The position numbers and the translations under genes are program-made. A stretch of DNA of 64,000 bases from Eledone cirrhosa. Its lineage: Eukaryota. Below are positions 42,301 through 57,300 of this stretch, one piece after another; positions within the stretch are counted from its first letter, which is position 1; every line of letters begins with the position of its first letter. The stretch is taken from contig OZ024741.1 of NCBI GenBank assembly GCA_964016885.1, positions 11,346,001 to 11,410,000 on the forward strand, read 5' to 3'. The notes under the pieces are model-generated. The model saw only the letters and a list, made by a program, of their open reading frames with translations. It was not told the DNA's origin and did no database searches.

Positions 42301-45300
42301 ATGTAGTAGTGGTACCGACTGTGGTTGGTACACTAGTAGTAGTTAGTAGGTTAGACATGTAGTAGTGGTACCGACTGTGGTTGGTGTACTGGGAGTAGTT
42401 ATTAGTAGGTTAGACATGTAGTAGTGGTACAGACTGTGGTTGGTGTACTGGCAATAGTTAGTAGGTTAGACATGTAGTAGTGGTACCAATTGTGGTTGGT
42501 ACACTGGGAGTAGTTAGTAGGTTAGACATGTAGTAGTGGTACCGACTGTGGTTGGTACACTGGGAGTAGTTAGTAGGTTAGACATGTAGTAGTGGTTTCA
42601 ACTGTGGTTGGTGTACTGGGAGTAGTTAGTAGGTTAGACATGTAGTAATGGTACCGACTGTGGTTGGTACACTGGGAGTAGTTAGTAGGTTAGACATGTA
42701 GTAGTGGTTTCGACTGTGGTTGGTGTACTGGGAGTAGTTAGTAGGTTAGACATGTAGTAGTGGTACCGACTGTGGTTGGTACACTGGGAGTAGTTAGTAG
42801 GTTAGACATGTAGTAGTGGTACCGACTGTGGTTGGTACACTAGGAGTAGTTAGTAGGTTAGACATGTAGTAGTGGTACCGACTGTAGTTGGTACACTGGG
42901 AGTAGTTAGTAGGTTAGACATGTAGTAGTGGTACCGACTGTGGTTGGTACACTAGTAGTAGTTAGTAGGTTAGACATGTAGTAGTGGTACCGACTGTGGT
43001 TGGTGTACTGGGAGTAGTTATTAGTAGGTTAGACATGTAGTAGTGGTACAGACTGTGGTTGGTGTACTGGCAATAGTTAGCAGGTTAGACATGTAGTAGT
43101 GGTACCAATTGTGGTTGGTACACTGGGAGTAGTTAGTAGGTTAGACATGTTGTAGTGGTACCGACTGTGGTTGGTACACTGGGAGTAGTTAGTAGGTTAG
43201 ACATGTAGTAGTGGTTTCGACTGTGGTTGGTGTACTGGGAGTAGTTAGTAGGTTAGACATGTAGTAGTGGTACCGACTGTGGTTGGTACACTGGGAGTAG
43301 TTAGTAGGTTAGACATGTAGTAGTGGTTTCGACTGTGGTTGGTGTACTGGGAGTAGTTAGTAGGTTAGACATGTAGTAGTGGTACCGACTGTGGTTGGTA
43401 CACTGGGAGTAGTTAGTAGGTTAGACATGTAGTAGTGGTACCGATTGTGGTTGGTACACTGGAAGTAGTTAGTAGGTTAGACCTGTAGTAGTGGTACACT
43501 GGGAGTAGTTTGTAGGTTAGACATGTAGTAGTGGTACCGACTGTGGTTGGTACACTGGGAGTAGTTAGTAGGTTAGACATGTAGTAGTGGTACCAACTGA
43601 GGTTGGTGTACTGGGAGTAGTTATTAGTAGGTTAGACATGTAGTAGTGGTACCGACTGTGGTTGGTGTATTGGGAGTAGTTATTAGTTTAGACATGTAAT
43701 AGTGGTACCCACTGTGGTTGGTGTACTGGGAGTAGTTAGTAGGTTAGACATGTAAAAGTGGTACCAACTGTGGTTGGTACACTGGGAGTAGTTTGTAGGT
43801 TAGACATGTAGTAGTGGTACCGACTGAGGTTGGTGTACTGGGAGTAGTTATTAGTAGGTTAGACATGTAGTAGTGGTACCGACTGTGGTTGGTGTACTGG
43901 GAGTAGTTATTAGGTTAGACATGTAGAAGTGGTACCGACTGTGGTTGGTACACTGGGAGTAGTTAGTAGGTTAGACATGTAGTAGTGGTACCCACTGTGG
44001 TTGGTGTACTGGGAGTAGTTAGTAGGTTAGACATGTAGTAGTGGTACCGACTGTGGTGTGTACACTGGGAGTAGTTAGTAGGTTAGACATGTAGTAGTGG
44101 TACCAACTGAGGTTGGTGTACTGGGAGTAGTTATTAGTAGGTTAGACATGTAGTAGTGGTACCGACTGTGGTTGGTGTACTGGGAGTAGTTAGTAGGTTA
44201 GACATGTAGTAGTGGTAACGACTGTGGTTGGTGTACTGGGAGTAGTTAGTAGGTTAGACATGTAATAGTGGTACCGACTATGGTTGGTACACTAGGAATA
44301 GTTAGTAGGTTAGACATGTAGTAGTGGTACCGACTGTGGTTGGTACACTGGAAGTAGTTAGTAGGTTAGACATGTAGTAGTGGTAAGGACTGTGCTTGGT
44401 ACACTGGGAGTAGTTAGTAGGTTAGACATGTAATAGTGGTACCGACTATGGTTGGTACACTAGGAGTAGTTAGTAGGTTAGACATGTAGTAGTGGTACCG
44501 ACTATGGTTGGTACACTAGGAGAAGTTAGTAGGTTAGACATGAAGTAGTGGTACCGACTGTGGTTGGTACACTGGAAGTAGTTAGTAGGTTAGACCTGTA
44601 GTAGTGGTACCGACTGTGGTTGGTACACTGGGAGTAGTTAGTAGGTTAGACATGTAGTAGTGGTACCGACTGTGGTTGGTGTACTGGGAGTTGTTAGTCG
44701 GTTAGACATGTAGTCGTAGTACCGACTGTGGTTGGTACACTGGGAGTAGTTATTAGTAGGTTAGACATGTAGAAGTGGTACCGACTGTGGTTGGTGTACT
44801 GGGAGTAGTTAGTAGGTTAGACATGTAGTAGTGGTACCAACTGTGGTTGGTGTACTGGGAGTAGTTAGTAGCTTAGACATGTAGTAGTGGTACCGACTGT
44901 GGTTGGTGTACTGGGAGTAGTTAGTAGGTTAGACATGTAGAAGTGGTACCGACTGTGGTTGGTGTACTGGGAGTAGTTAGTAGGTTAGACATGTAGAAGT
45001 GGTACCGACTGTGGTTGGTGTACTGGGAGTAGCTAGTAGGTTAGACATGTAGAAGTGGTACCGACTGTGGTTGGTGTACTGGGAGTAGCTAGTAGATTAG
45101 ACATGTAGTAGTGGTACCCACTGTGGTTGGTGTACTGGGAGTAGTTAGTAGGTTAGACATGTAGTAGCGGTACCGACTGTGGTTGGTGTACTGGGAGTAG
45201 CTAGTAGGTTAGACATGTAGTAGTGGTACCGACTGTGGTTAGTGTACTGGGAGTAGTTAGTAGGTTAGACATGTAGAAATGGTACCGACTGTGGTTGGTA

Positions 45301-48300
45301 CACTGGGAGTAGTTAGTAGGTTAGACATGTAGTAGTGGTACCGACTGTGGTTGGTACACTGGGAGTAGTTATTAGTAGGTTAGACATGTAGTAGTGGTAC
45401 CGACTGTGGTTAGTGTACTGGGAGTAGTTAGTAGGTTAGACATGTAGAAGTGGTACCGACTGTGGTTGGTGTACTGGGAGTAGTTAGTAGGTTAGACATG
45501 TAGTAGTGGTACCGACTGTGGTTGGTACACTAGGAGTAGTTAGTAGGTTAGACATGTAGTAGTGGTACCGACTGTGGTTGGTACACTGGGAGTAGTTTTT
45601 AGGTTAGACATGTAGTAGTGGTACCAACAGTGGTTGGTGTACTGGGAGTAGTTAGTAGGTTAGACATGTAGTAGTGGTACCGACTGTGGTTGGTACACTA
45701 GGAGTAGTTAGTAGGTTAGACATGTAGTAGTGGTACCGACTGTAGTTGGTACACTGGGAGTAGTTAGTAGGTTAGACATGTAGTAGTGGTACCGACTGTG
45801 GTTGGTACACTAGTAGTAGTTAGTAGGTTAGACATGTAGTAGTGGTACCGACTGTGGTTGGTGTACTGGGAGTAGTTATTAGTAGGTTAGACATGTAGTA
45901 GTGGTACAGACTGTGGTTGGTGTACTGGCAATAGTTAGCAGGTTAGACATGTAGTAGTGGTACCAATTGTGGTTGGTACACTGGGAGTAGTTAGTAGGTT
46001 AGACATGTTGTAGTGGTACCGACTGTGGTTGGTGTACTGGGAGTAGTTAGTAGGTTAGATATGTAGTAGTGGTACCAACTGTGGTTGGTGTACTGGGAGT
46101 AGTTAGTAGGTTAGACATGTGGTAGTGGTTTCGACTGTGGTTGGTGTACTGGGAGTAGTTAGTAGGTTAGACATGTAGTAGTGGTACCGACTGTGGTTGG
46201 TACACTGGGAGTAGTTAGTATGTTAGACCTGTAGTAGTGGTACCGACTGTGGTTGGTGTACTGGGAGTAGTTAGTAGGTTAGACATGTAGTAGTGGTACC
46301 AACTGTGGTTGGTGTACTGGGAGTAGTTAGTAGGTTAGACATGTAGTAGTGGTACCGACTGTGGTTGGTACACTGGGAGTAGTTAGTAGGTTAGACATGT
46401 AGTAGTGGTACCGACTGTGGTTGGTGTACTGGGAGTAGTTAGTAGGTTAGATATGTAGTAGTGGTACCAACTGTGGTTGGTACACTAGGAGTAGTTAGTA
46501 GGTTAGACATGTAGTAGTGGTACCGACTGTGGTTGGTGTACTGGGAGTAGTTAGTAGGTTAGACCTGTAGTAGTGGTACCGACTGTGGTTGGTGTACTGG
46601 GAGTAGTTAGTAGGTTAGACCTGTAGTAGTGGTACCGACTGTGGTTGGTACACTGGTAGTAGTTAGTAGGTTAGACATGTAGTAGTGGTACCAACTGTGG
46701 TTGGTGTACTGGGAGTAGTTAGTAGGTTAGACATGTAGTAGTGGTACAAACTGTGGTTGGTACACTGGGTGTAGTTAGTAGGTTAGACATGTAGTAGTGG
46801 TACCGACTGTGGTTGGTACACTGGGAGTAGTTAGTAGGTTAGACATGTAGTAGTGGTACCAACTGTGGTTGGTACACTGGTAGTAGTTAGTAGGTTAGAC
46901 ATGTAGTAGTGGTACCAACTGTGGTTGGTACACTGGGTGTAGTTAGTAGGTTAGACATGTAGTAGTGTTACCGACTGTGGTTGGTACACTGGGAGTAGTT
47001 AGTAGGTTAGACATGTAGTAGTGGTACCAACTGTGGTTGGTACACTGGGAGTAGTTAGTAGGTTAGACATGTAGTAGTGGTACCGACTGAGGTTGGTGTA
47101 CTGGGAGTAGTTAGTAGGTTAGACATGTAAAAGTGGTACCGACTGTGGTTGGTACACTGGGAGTAGTTTGTAGGTTAGACATGTAGTAGTGGTAACAACT
47201 GTGGTTGGTACACTAGGAGTAGTTAGTAGGTTAGACATGTAGTAGTGGTACCGACTGAGTGTGGTGTACTGGGAGTAGTTATTAGTAGGTTAGACATGTA
47301 GTAGTGGTACCGACTGTGGTTGGTGTACTGGGAGTAGTTATTAGGTTAGACATGTAGTAGTGGTACCCACTGTGGTTGGTGTACTGGGAGTAGTTAGTAG
47401 GTTAGACATGTAGAAGTGGTACCGACTGTGGTTGGTACACTGGGAGTAGTTAGTAGGTTAGACATGTAGTAGTGGTAACAACTGTGGTTGGTACACTAGG
47501 AGTAGTTAGTAGGTTAGACATGTAGTAGTGGTACCGACTGAGGTTGGTGTACTGGGAGTAGTTATTAGTAGGTTAGACATGTAGTAGTGGTACCGACTGT
47601 GGTTCGTGTACTGGGAGTAGTTAGTAGGTTAGACATGTAGTAGTGGTAACGACTGTGGTTGGTGTACTGGGAGTAGTTAGTAGTTTAGACATGTAATAGT
47701 GGTACCGACTATGGTTGGTACACTAGGAGTAGTTAGTAGGTTAGACATGTATTAGTGGTACCGACTGTGGTTGGTACACTGGAAGTAGTTAGTAGGTTAG
47801 ACATGTAGTAGTGGTAAGGACTGTGCTTGGTACACTGGGAGTAGTTAGTAGGTTAGACATATAATAGTGGTACCGACTATGGTTGGTACACTAGGAGTAG
47901 TTAGTAGGTTAGACATGTAGTAGTGGTACCGACTATGGTTGGTACACTAGGAGAAGTTAGTAGGTTAGACATGTAGTAGTGGTACCGACTGTGGTTGGTA
48001 CACTGGAAGTAGTTAGTAGGTTAGACCTGTAGTAGTGGTACCGACTGTGGTTGGTACAGTGGGAGTAGTTAGTAGGTTAGACATGTAGTAGTGGTACCGA
48101 CTGTGGTTGGTGTACTGGGAGTTGTTAGTCGGTTAGACATGTAGTAGTGGTACCGACTGTGGTTGGTACACTGGGAGTAGTTATTAGTAGGTTAGACATG
48201 TAGAAGTGGTACCGACTGTGGTTGGTGTACTGGGAGTAGTTAGTAGGTTAGACATGTAGTAGTGGTACCAACTGTGGTTGGTGTACTGGGAGTAGTTAGT

Positions 48301-51300
48301 AGGTTAGACATGTAGTAGTGGTACCGACTGTGGTTGGTGTACTGGGAGTAGTTAGTAGGATAGACATGTAGAAGTGGTACCAACTGTGGTTGGTGTACTG
48401 GGAGTAGTTAGTAGCTTAGACATGTAATGGTGGTACCCACTGTGGTTGGTGTACTGGGAGTAGTTAGTAGCTTAGACATGTAGAAGTGGTACCGACTGTG
48501 GTTGGTGTACTGGGAGTAGCTAGTAGGTTAGACATGTAGTAGTGGTACCGACTGTGGTTAGTGTACTGGGAGTAGTTAGTAGGTTAGACATGTAGAAGTG
48601 GTACCGACTGTGGTTGGTACACTGGGAGTAGTTAGTAGGTTAGACATGTAGTAGTGGTACCGACTGTGGTTGGTACACTGGGAGTAGTTATTAGTAGGTT
48701 AGACATGTAGTAGTGGTACCGACTGTGGTTAGTGTACTGGGAGTAGTTAGTAGGTTAGACATGTAGAAGTGGTACCGACTGTGGTTGGTGTACTGGGAGT
48801 AGTTAGTAGGTTAGACATGTAGTAGTGGTACCGACTGTGGTTGGTACACTAGCAGTAGTTAGTAGGTTAGACATGTAGTAGTGGTACCGACTGTGGTTGG
48901 TACACTGGGAGTAGTTTTTAGGTTAGACATGTAGTAGTGGTACCAACAGTGGTTGGTGTACTGGGAGTAGTTAGTAGGTTAGACATGTAGTAGTGGTACC
49001 GACTGTGGTTGGTACACTAGGAGTAGTTAGTAGGTTAGACATGTAGTAGTGGTACCGACTGTAGTTGGTACACTGGGAGTAGTTAGTAGGTTAGACATGT
49101 AGTAGTGGTACCGACTGTGGTTGGTACACTAGTAGTAGTTAGTAGGTTAGACATGTAGTAGTGGTACCGACTGTGGTTGGTGTACTGGGAGTAGTTATTA
49201 GTAGGTTAGACATGTAGTAGTGGTACAGACTGTGGTTGGTGTACTGGCAATAGTTAGCAGGTTAGACATGTAGTAGTGGTACCAATTGTGGTTGGTACAC
49301 TGGGAGTAGTTAGTAGGTTAGACATGTTGTAGTGGTACCGACTGTGGTTGGTACACTGGGAGTAGTTAGTAGGTTAGACATGTAGTAGTGGTTTCGACTG
49401 TGGTTGGTGTACTGGGAGTAGTTAGTAGGTTAGACATGTAGAAGTGGTACCAATTGTGGTTGGTACACTGGGAGTAGTTAGTAGGTTAGACATGCAGTAG
49501 TGGTTTCGACTGTGGTTGGTGTACTGGGAGTAGTTAGTAGGTTAGACATGTAGTAGTGGTACCGACTGTGGTTGGTACACTGGGAGTAGTTAGTAGGTTA
49601 GACATGTAGTAGTGGTACCGACTGTGGTTGGTACACTGGGAGTAGTTAGTAGGTTAGACATGCAGTAGTGGTTTCGACTGTGGTTGGTGTACTGGGAGTA
49701 GTTAGTAGGTTAGACATGTAGTAGTGGTACCGACTGTGGTTGGTACACTGGGAGTAGTTAGTAGGTTAGACATGTAGTAGTGGTACCGACTGTGGTTGGT
49801 GTACTGGGAGTAGTTAGTAGGTTAGACATGTAGTAGTGGTACCAACTGTGGTTGGTACACTGGGAGTAGTTAGTAGGTTAGACATGTAGTAGTGGTACCG
49901 ACTGTGGTTGGTGTACTGGGAGTAGTTAGTAGGTTAGACATGTAGTAGTGGTACCGACTGTGGTTGGTACACTGGGAGTAGTTAGTATGTTAGACCTGTA
50001 GTAGTGGTACCGACTGTGCTTGGTGTACTGGGAGTAGTTAGTAGGTTAGACCTGTAGTAGTGGTACCGACTGTGGTTGGTGTACTGGGAGTAGTTAGTAG
50101 GTTAGACATGTAGTAGTGGTACCAACTGTGGTGTTGGTACACTAGGAGTAGTTAGTAGGTTAGACATGTAGTAGTGGTACCAACTGTGGTTGGTACACTG
50201 GGAGTAGTTAGTAGGTTAGACATGTAGTGGTGGTACCGACTGTGGTTGGTACACTGGGAGTAGTTAGTAGGTTAGACATGTAGTAGTGGTACCAACTGTG
50301 GTTGGTACACTGGGAGTAGTTAGTAGGTTAGACATGTAGTGGTGGTACCGACTGTGGTTGGTACACTGGGAGTAGTTAGTAGGTTAGACATGTAGTAGTG
50401 GTACCAACTGTGGTTGGTACACTGGTAGTAGTTAGTAGGTTAGACATGTAGTAGTGGTACCAACTGTGGTTGTTACACAGGGTGTAGTTAGTAGGTTAGA
50501 CATGTAGTGGTGGTACCGACTGTGGTTGGTACACTGGGAGTAGTTAGTAGGTTAGACATGTAGTGGTGGTACCGACTGTGGTTGGTACACTGGGAGTAGT
50601 TAGTAGGTTAGACATGTAGTAGTGGTACCGACTGTGCTTGGTGTACTGGGAGTAGTTAGTAGGTTAGACCTGTAGTAGTGGTACCGACTGTGGTTGGTGT
50701 ACTGGGAGTAGTTAGTAGGTTAGACATGTAGTAGTGGTACCAACTGTGGTGTTGGTACACTAGGAGTAGTTAGTAGGTTAGACATGTAGTAGTGGTACCG
50801 ACTGAGGGTGGTGTACTGGGAGTAGTTATTAGTAGGTTAGACATGTAGTAGTGGTACCGACTGTGGTTGGTGTACTGGGAGTAGTTATTAGGTTAGACAT
50901 GTAGTAGTGGTACCCACTGTGGTTGGTGTACTGGGAGTAGTTAGTAGGTTAGACATGTAGAAGTGGTACCGACTGTGGTTGGTACACTGGGAGTAGTTAG
51001 TAGGTTAGACATGTAGTAGTGGTAACAACTGTGGTTGGTACACTAGGAGTAGTTAGTAGGTTAGACATGTAGTAGTGGTACCGACTGAGGTTGGTGTACT
51101 GGGAGTAGTTATTAGTAGGTTAGACATGTAGTAGTGGTACCGACTGTGGTTCGTGTACTGGGAGTAGTTAGTAGGTTAGACATGTAGTAGTGGTAACGAC
51201 TGTGGTTGGTGTACTGGTAGTAGTTAGTAGTTTAGACATGTAATAGTGGTACCGACTATGGTTGGTACACTAGGAGTAGTTAGTAGGTTAGACATGTAGT

Positions 51301-54300
51301 AGTGGTACCGACTATGGTTGGTACACTAGGAGAAGTTAGTAGGTTAGACATGTAGTAGTGGTACCGACTGTGGTTGGTACACTGGAAGTAGTTAGTAGGT
51401 TAGACCTGTAGTAGTGGTACCGACTGTGGTTGGTACACTGGGAGTAGTTAGTAGGTTAGACATGTAGTAGTGGTACCGACTGTGGTTGGTGTACTGGGAG
51501 TTGTTAGTCGGTTAGACATGTAGTAGTGGTACCGACTGTGGTTGGTACACTGGGAGTAGTTATTAGTAGGTTAGACATGTAGAAGTGGTACCGACTGTGG
51601 TTGGTGTACTGGGAGTAGTTAGTAGGTTAGACATGTAGTAGTGGTACCAACTGTGGTTGGTGTACTGGGAGTAGTTAGTAGGTTAGACATGTAGTAGTGG
51701 TACCGACTGTGGTTGGTGTACTGGGAGTAGTTAGTAGGATAGACATGTAGAAGTGGTACCAACTGTGGTTGGTGTACTGGGAGTAGTTAGTAGCTTAGAC
51801 ATGTAGTAGTGGTACCGACTGTGGTTGGTACACTGGGAGTAGTTAGTAGCTTAGACATGTAGTAGTGGTACCGACTGTGGTTAGTGTACTGGGAGTAGTT
51901 AGTAGGTTAGACATGTAGAAGTGGTACCGACTGTGGTTGGTACACTGGGAGTAGTTAGTAGGTTAGACATGTAGTAGTGGTACCGACTGTGGTTGGTACA
52001 CTGGGAGTAGTTATTAGTAGGTTAGACATGTAGTAGTGGTACCGACTGTGGTTAGTGTACTGGGAGTAGTTAGTAGGTTAGACATGTAGAAGTGGTACCG
52101 ACTGTGGTTGGTGTACTGGGAGTAGTTAGTAGGTTAGACATGTAGTAGTGGTACCGACTGTGGTTGGTACACTAGGAGTAGTTAGTAGGTTAGACATGTA
52201 GTAGTGGTACCGACTGTGGTTGGTACACTGGGAGTAGTTTTTAGGTTAGACATGTAGTAGTGGTACCAACAGTGGTTGGTGTACTGGGAGTAGTTAGTAG
52301 GTTAGACATGTAGTAGTGGTACCGACTGTGGTTGGTACACTAGGAGTAGTTAGTAGGTTAGACATGTAGTAGTGGTACCGACTGTAGTTGGTACACTGGG
52401 AGTAGTTAGTAGGTTAGACATGTAGTAGTGGTACCGACTGTGGTTAGTGTTCTGGGAGTAGTTAGTAGGTTAGACATGTAGAAGTGGTACCGACTGTGGT
52501 TGGTACACTGGGAGTAGTTAGTAGGTTAGACATGTAGTAGTGGTACCGACTGTGGTTGGTACACTGGGAGTAGTTATTAGTAGGTTAGACATGTAGTAGT
52601 GGTACCGACTGTGGTTAGTGTACTGGGAGTAGTTAGTAGGTTAGACATGTAGAAGTGGTACCGACTGTGGTTGGTGTACTGGGAGTAGTTAGTAGGTTAG
52701 ACATGTAGTAGTGGTACCGACTGTGGTTGGTACACTAGGAGTAGTTAGTAGGTTAGACATGTAGTAGTGGTACCGACTGTGGTTGGTACACTGGGAGTAG
52801 TTTTTAGGTTAGACATGTAGTAGTGGTACCAACAGTGGTTGGTGTACTGGGAGTAGTTAGTAGGTTAGACATGTAGTAGTGGTACCGACTGTGGTTGGTA
52901 CACTAGGAGTAGTTAGAAGGTTAGACATGTAGTAGTGGTACCGACTGTAGTTGGTACACTGGGAGTAGTTAGTAGGTTAGACATGTAGTAGTGGTACCGA
53001 CTGTGGTTGGTACACTAGTAGTAGTTAGTAGGTTAGACATGTAGTAGTGGTACCGACTGTGGTTGGTGTACTGGGAGTAGTTATTAGTAGGTTAGACATG
53101 TAGTAGTGGTACAGACTGTGGTTGGTGTACTGGCAATAGTTAGTAGGTTAGACATGTAGTAGTGGTACCAATTGTGGTTGGTACACTGGGAGTAGTTAGT
53201 AGGTTAGACATGTAGTAGTGGTACCGACTGTGGTTGGTACACTGGGAGTAGTTAGTAGGTTAGACATGTAGTAGTGGTTTCGACTGTGGTTGGTGTACTG
53301 GGAGTAGTTAGTAGGTTAGACATGTAGTAGTGGTACCGACTGTGGTTGGTGTACTGGGAGTAGTTAGTAGGTTAGACATGTAGTAGTGGTACCGACTGTG
53401 GTTGGTACACTGGGAGTAGTTAGTAGGTTAGACATGTAGTAGTGGTACCGACTGTGGTTGGTGTACTGGGAGTAGTTAGTAGGTTAGACATGTAGTAGTG
53501 GTACCGACTGTGGTTGGTGTACTGGGAGTAGTTAGTTGGTTAGACATGTAGTAGTGGTACCGACTGTGGTTGGTGTACTGGGAGTAGTTAGTAGGTTAGA
53601 CCTGTAGTAGTGGTACCGACTGTGGTTGGTACACTGGGAGTAGTTAGTAGGTTAGACATGTAGTAGTGGTACCGACTGTGGTTGGTGTACTGGGAGTAGT
53701 TAGTAGGTTAGACCTGTAGTAGTGGTACCGACTGTGGTTGGTACACTGGAAGTAGTTAGTATGTTAGACATGTAGTAGTGGTACCGACTGAGGTTGGTGT
53801 ACTGGGAGTAGTTAGTAGGTTAGACATGTAGTAGTGGTACCAACTGTGGTTGGTGTACTGGGAGTAGTTAGTAGGTTAGACCTGTAGTAGTGGTACCGAC
53901 TGTGGTTGGTGTACTGGGAGTAGTTAGTAGGTTAGACATGTAGTAGTGGTACCGACTGTGGTTGGTACACTGGGAGTAGTTAGTAGGTTAGATATATAGT
54001 AGTGGTACCGACTGTGGTTGGTGTACTGAGAGTAGTTAGTCGGTTAGATATATAGTAGTGGTACCGACTGTGGTTGGTACACTGGGAGTAGTTAGTAGGT
54101 TAGACATGTAGTAGTGGTACCAACTGTGGTTGGTACACTGGAAGTAGTTAGTAGGTTAGACATGTAGAAGTGGTACCGACTGTGGTTGGTGTACTGGGAG
54201 TAGTTAGTAGGTTAGACATGTAGTAGTGGTACCAACTGTGGTTGGTACACTGGGTGTAGTTAGTAGGTTAGACATGTAGTAGTGGTACCAACTGTGGTTG

Positions 54301-57300
54301 GTACACTGGGAGTAGTTAGTCGGTTAGACATGTAGTAGTGGTACCAACTGTGGTTGGTACACTGGGTGTAGTTAGTAGGTTAGATATATAGTAGTGGTAC
54401 CGACTGTGGTTGGTACACTGGGAGTAGTTAGTAGGTTAGATATATAGTAGTGGTACCGACTGTGGTTGGTGTACTGGGAGTAGTTAGTAGGTTAGACATG
54501 TAGTAGTGGTACCAACTGTGGTTGGTACACTGGGAGTAGTTAGTAGGTTAGACATGTAGTAGTGGTACCAACTGTGGTTGGTACACTGGAAGTAGTTAGT
54601 AGGTTAGATATATAGTAGTGGTACCGACTGTGGTTGGTGTACTGGGAGTAGTTAGTAGGTTAGACATGTAGAAGTGGTAACGACTGTGGTTGGTACACTG
54701 GGAGTAGTTAGTAGGTTAGACATGTAGAAGTGGTACCAACTGTGGTTGGTACACTGGGTGTAGTTAGTAGGTTAGACATGTAGTAGTGGTACCAACTGTG
54801 GTTGGTACACTGGGAGTAGTTAGTAGGTTAGACATGTAGTGGTGGTACCGACTGTGGTTGGTACACTGGGAGTAGTTAGTAGGTTAGACATGTAGTAGTG
54901 GTACCAACTGTGGTTGGTACACTGGGAGTAGTTAGTAGGTTAGACATGTAGTAGTGGTACCAACTGTGGTTGGTACACTGGGTGTAGTTAGTAGGTTAGA
55001 CATGTAGTAGTGGTACCGACTGTGGTTGGTACGCTGGGAGTAGTTAGTAGGTTAGACATGTAGTAGTGGTACCAACTGTGATTGGTACACTGGGAGTAGT
55101 TAGTAGGTTAGACATGTAGTGGTGCTACCGACTGTGGTTGGTACACTGGGAGTAGTTAGTAGGTTAGACATGTAGTAGTGGTACCAACTGTGGTTGGTAC
55201 ACTGGGTGTAGTTAGTAGGTTAGACATGTAGTAGTGGTACCGACTGTGGTTGGTACACTGGGAGTAGTTAGTAGGTTAGACATGTAGTAGTGGTACCAAC
55301 TGTGGTTGGTACACTGGGAGTAGTTAGTAGGTTAGACATCTAGTAGTGGTACCGACTGTGGTTGGTACACTGGGAGTAGTTAGTAGGTTAGACATGTAGT
55401 AGTGGTACCGACTGTGGTTGGTGTACTGGGAGTAGTTAGTAGGTTAGACATGTAGTAGTGGTACCAACTGTGGTTGGTGTACTGGGAGTAGTTAGTAGGT
55501 TAGACATGTAGTAGTGGTACCGACTGTGGTTGGTGTACTGGGAGTAGTTAATAGGTTAGACATGTAGTAGTGGTACCGACTGAGGTTGGTGTACTGGGAG
55601 TAGTTAGTAGGTTAGACATGTAGTAGTGGTACCGACTGTGGTTGGTGTACTGGGAGTAGTTAGTAGGTTAGACATGTAGTAGTGGTACCAACTGTGGTTG
55701 GTGTACTGGGAGTAGTTAGTAGGTTAGACATGTAGTAGTGGTACCGACTGTGGTTGTTGCACTGGGAGTAGTTAGTAGGTTAGACATGTAGTAGTGGTAC
55801 CAACTGTGGTTGGTACACTGGGAGTAGTTAGTAGGTTAGACATGTAGTAGTGGTACCGACTGTGGTTGGTGTACTGGGAGTTGTTAGTCGGTTAGACATG
55901 TGGTAGTGGTACCGACTGTGGTTGGTACACTGGGAGTAGTTATTAGTAGGTTAGACATGTAGAAGTGGTACCGACTGTGGTTGGTGTACTGGGAGTAGTT
56001 AGTAGGTTAGACATGTAGTAGTGGTACCAACTGTGGTTGGTGTACTGGGAGTAGTTAGTAGGTTAGACATGTAGTAGTGGTACCGACTGTGGTTGGTGTA
56101 CTGGGAGTAGTTAGTAGGATAGACATGTAGAAGTGGTACCGACTGTGGTTGGTGTACTGGGAGTAGTTAGTAGGTTAGACATGTAGTAGTGGTACCGACT
56201 GTGGTTGGTACACTAGGAGTAGTTAGTAGGTTAGACATGTAGTAGTGGTACCGACTGTGGTTGGTACACTAGGAGTAGTTTTTAGGTTAGACATGTAGTA
56301 GTGGTACCAACAGTGGTTGGTGTACTGGGAGTAGTTAGTAGGTTAGACATGTAGTAGTGGTACCGACTGTGGTTGGTACACTAGGAGTAGTTAGTAGGTT
56401 AGACATGTAGTAGTGGTACCGACTGTGGTTGGTACACTGGGAGTAGTTAGTAGGTTAGACATGTAGTAGTGGTACCGACTGTGGTTGGTACACTAGTAGT
56501 AGTTAGTAGGTTAGACATGTAGTAGTGGTACCGACTGTGGTTAGTGTACTGGGAGTAGTTAGTAGGTTAGACATGTAGAAGTGGTACCGACTGTGGTTGG
56601 TACACTGGGAGTAGTTAGTAGGTTAGACATGTAGTAGTGGTACCGACTGTGGTTGGTACACTGGGAGTAGTTATTAGTAGGTTAGACATGTAGTAGTGGT
56701 ACCGACTGTGGTTAGTGTACTGGGAGTAGTTAGTAGGTTAGACATGTAGAAGTGGTACCGACTGTGGTTGGTGTACTGGGAGTAGTTAGTAGGTTAGACA
56801 TGTAGTAGTGGTACCGACTGTGGTTGGTACACTAGGAGTAGTTAGTAGGTTAGACATGTAGTAGTGGTACCGACTGTGGTTGGTACACTAGGAGTAGTTT
56901 TTAGGTTAGACATGTAGTAGTGGTACCAACAGTGGTTGGTGTACTGGGAGTAGTTAGTAGGTTAGACATGTAGTAGTGGTACCGACTGTGGTTGGTACAC
57001 TAGGAGTAGTTAGTAGGTTAGACATGTAGTAGTGGTACCGACTGTAGTTGGTACACTGGGAGTAGTTAGTAGGTTAGACATGTAGTAGTGGTACCGACTG
57101 TGGTTGGTACACTAGTAGTAGTTAGTAGGTTAGACATGTAGTAGTGGTACCGACTGTGGTTGGTGTACTGGGAGTAGTTATTAGTAGGTTAGACATGTAG
57201 TAGTGGTACCGACTGTGGTTGGTGTACTGGCAATAGTTAGTAGGTTAGACATGTAGTAGTGGTACCAATTGTGGTTGGTACACTGGGAGTAGTTAGTAGG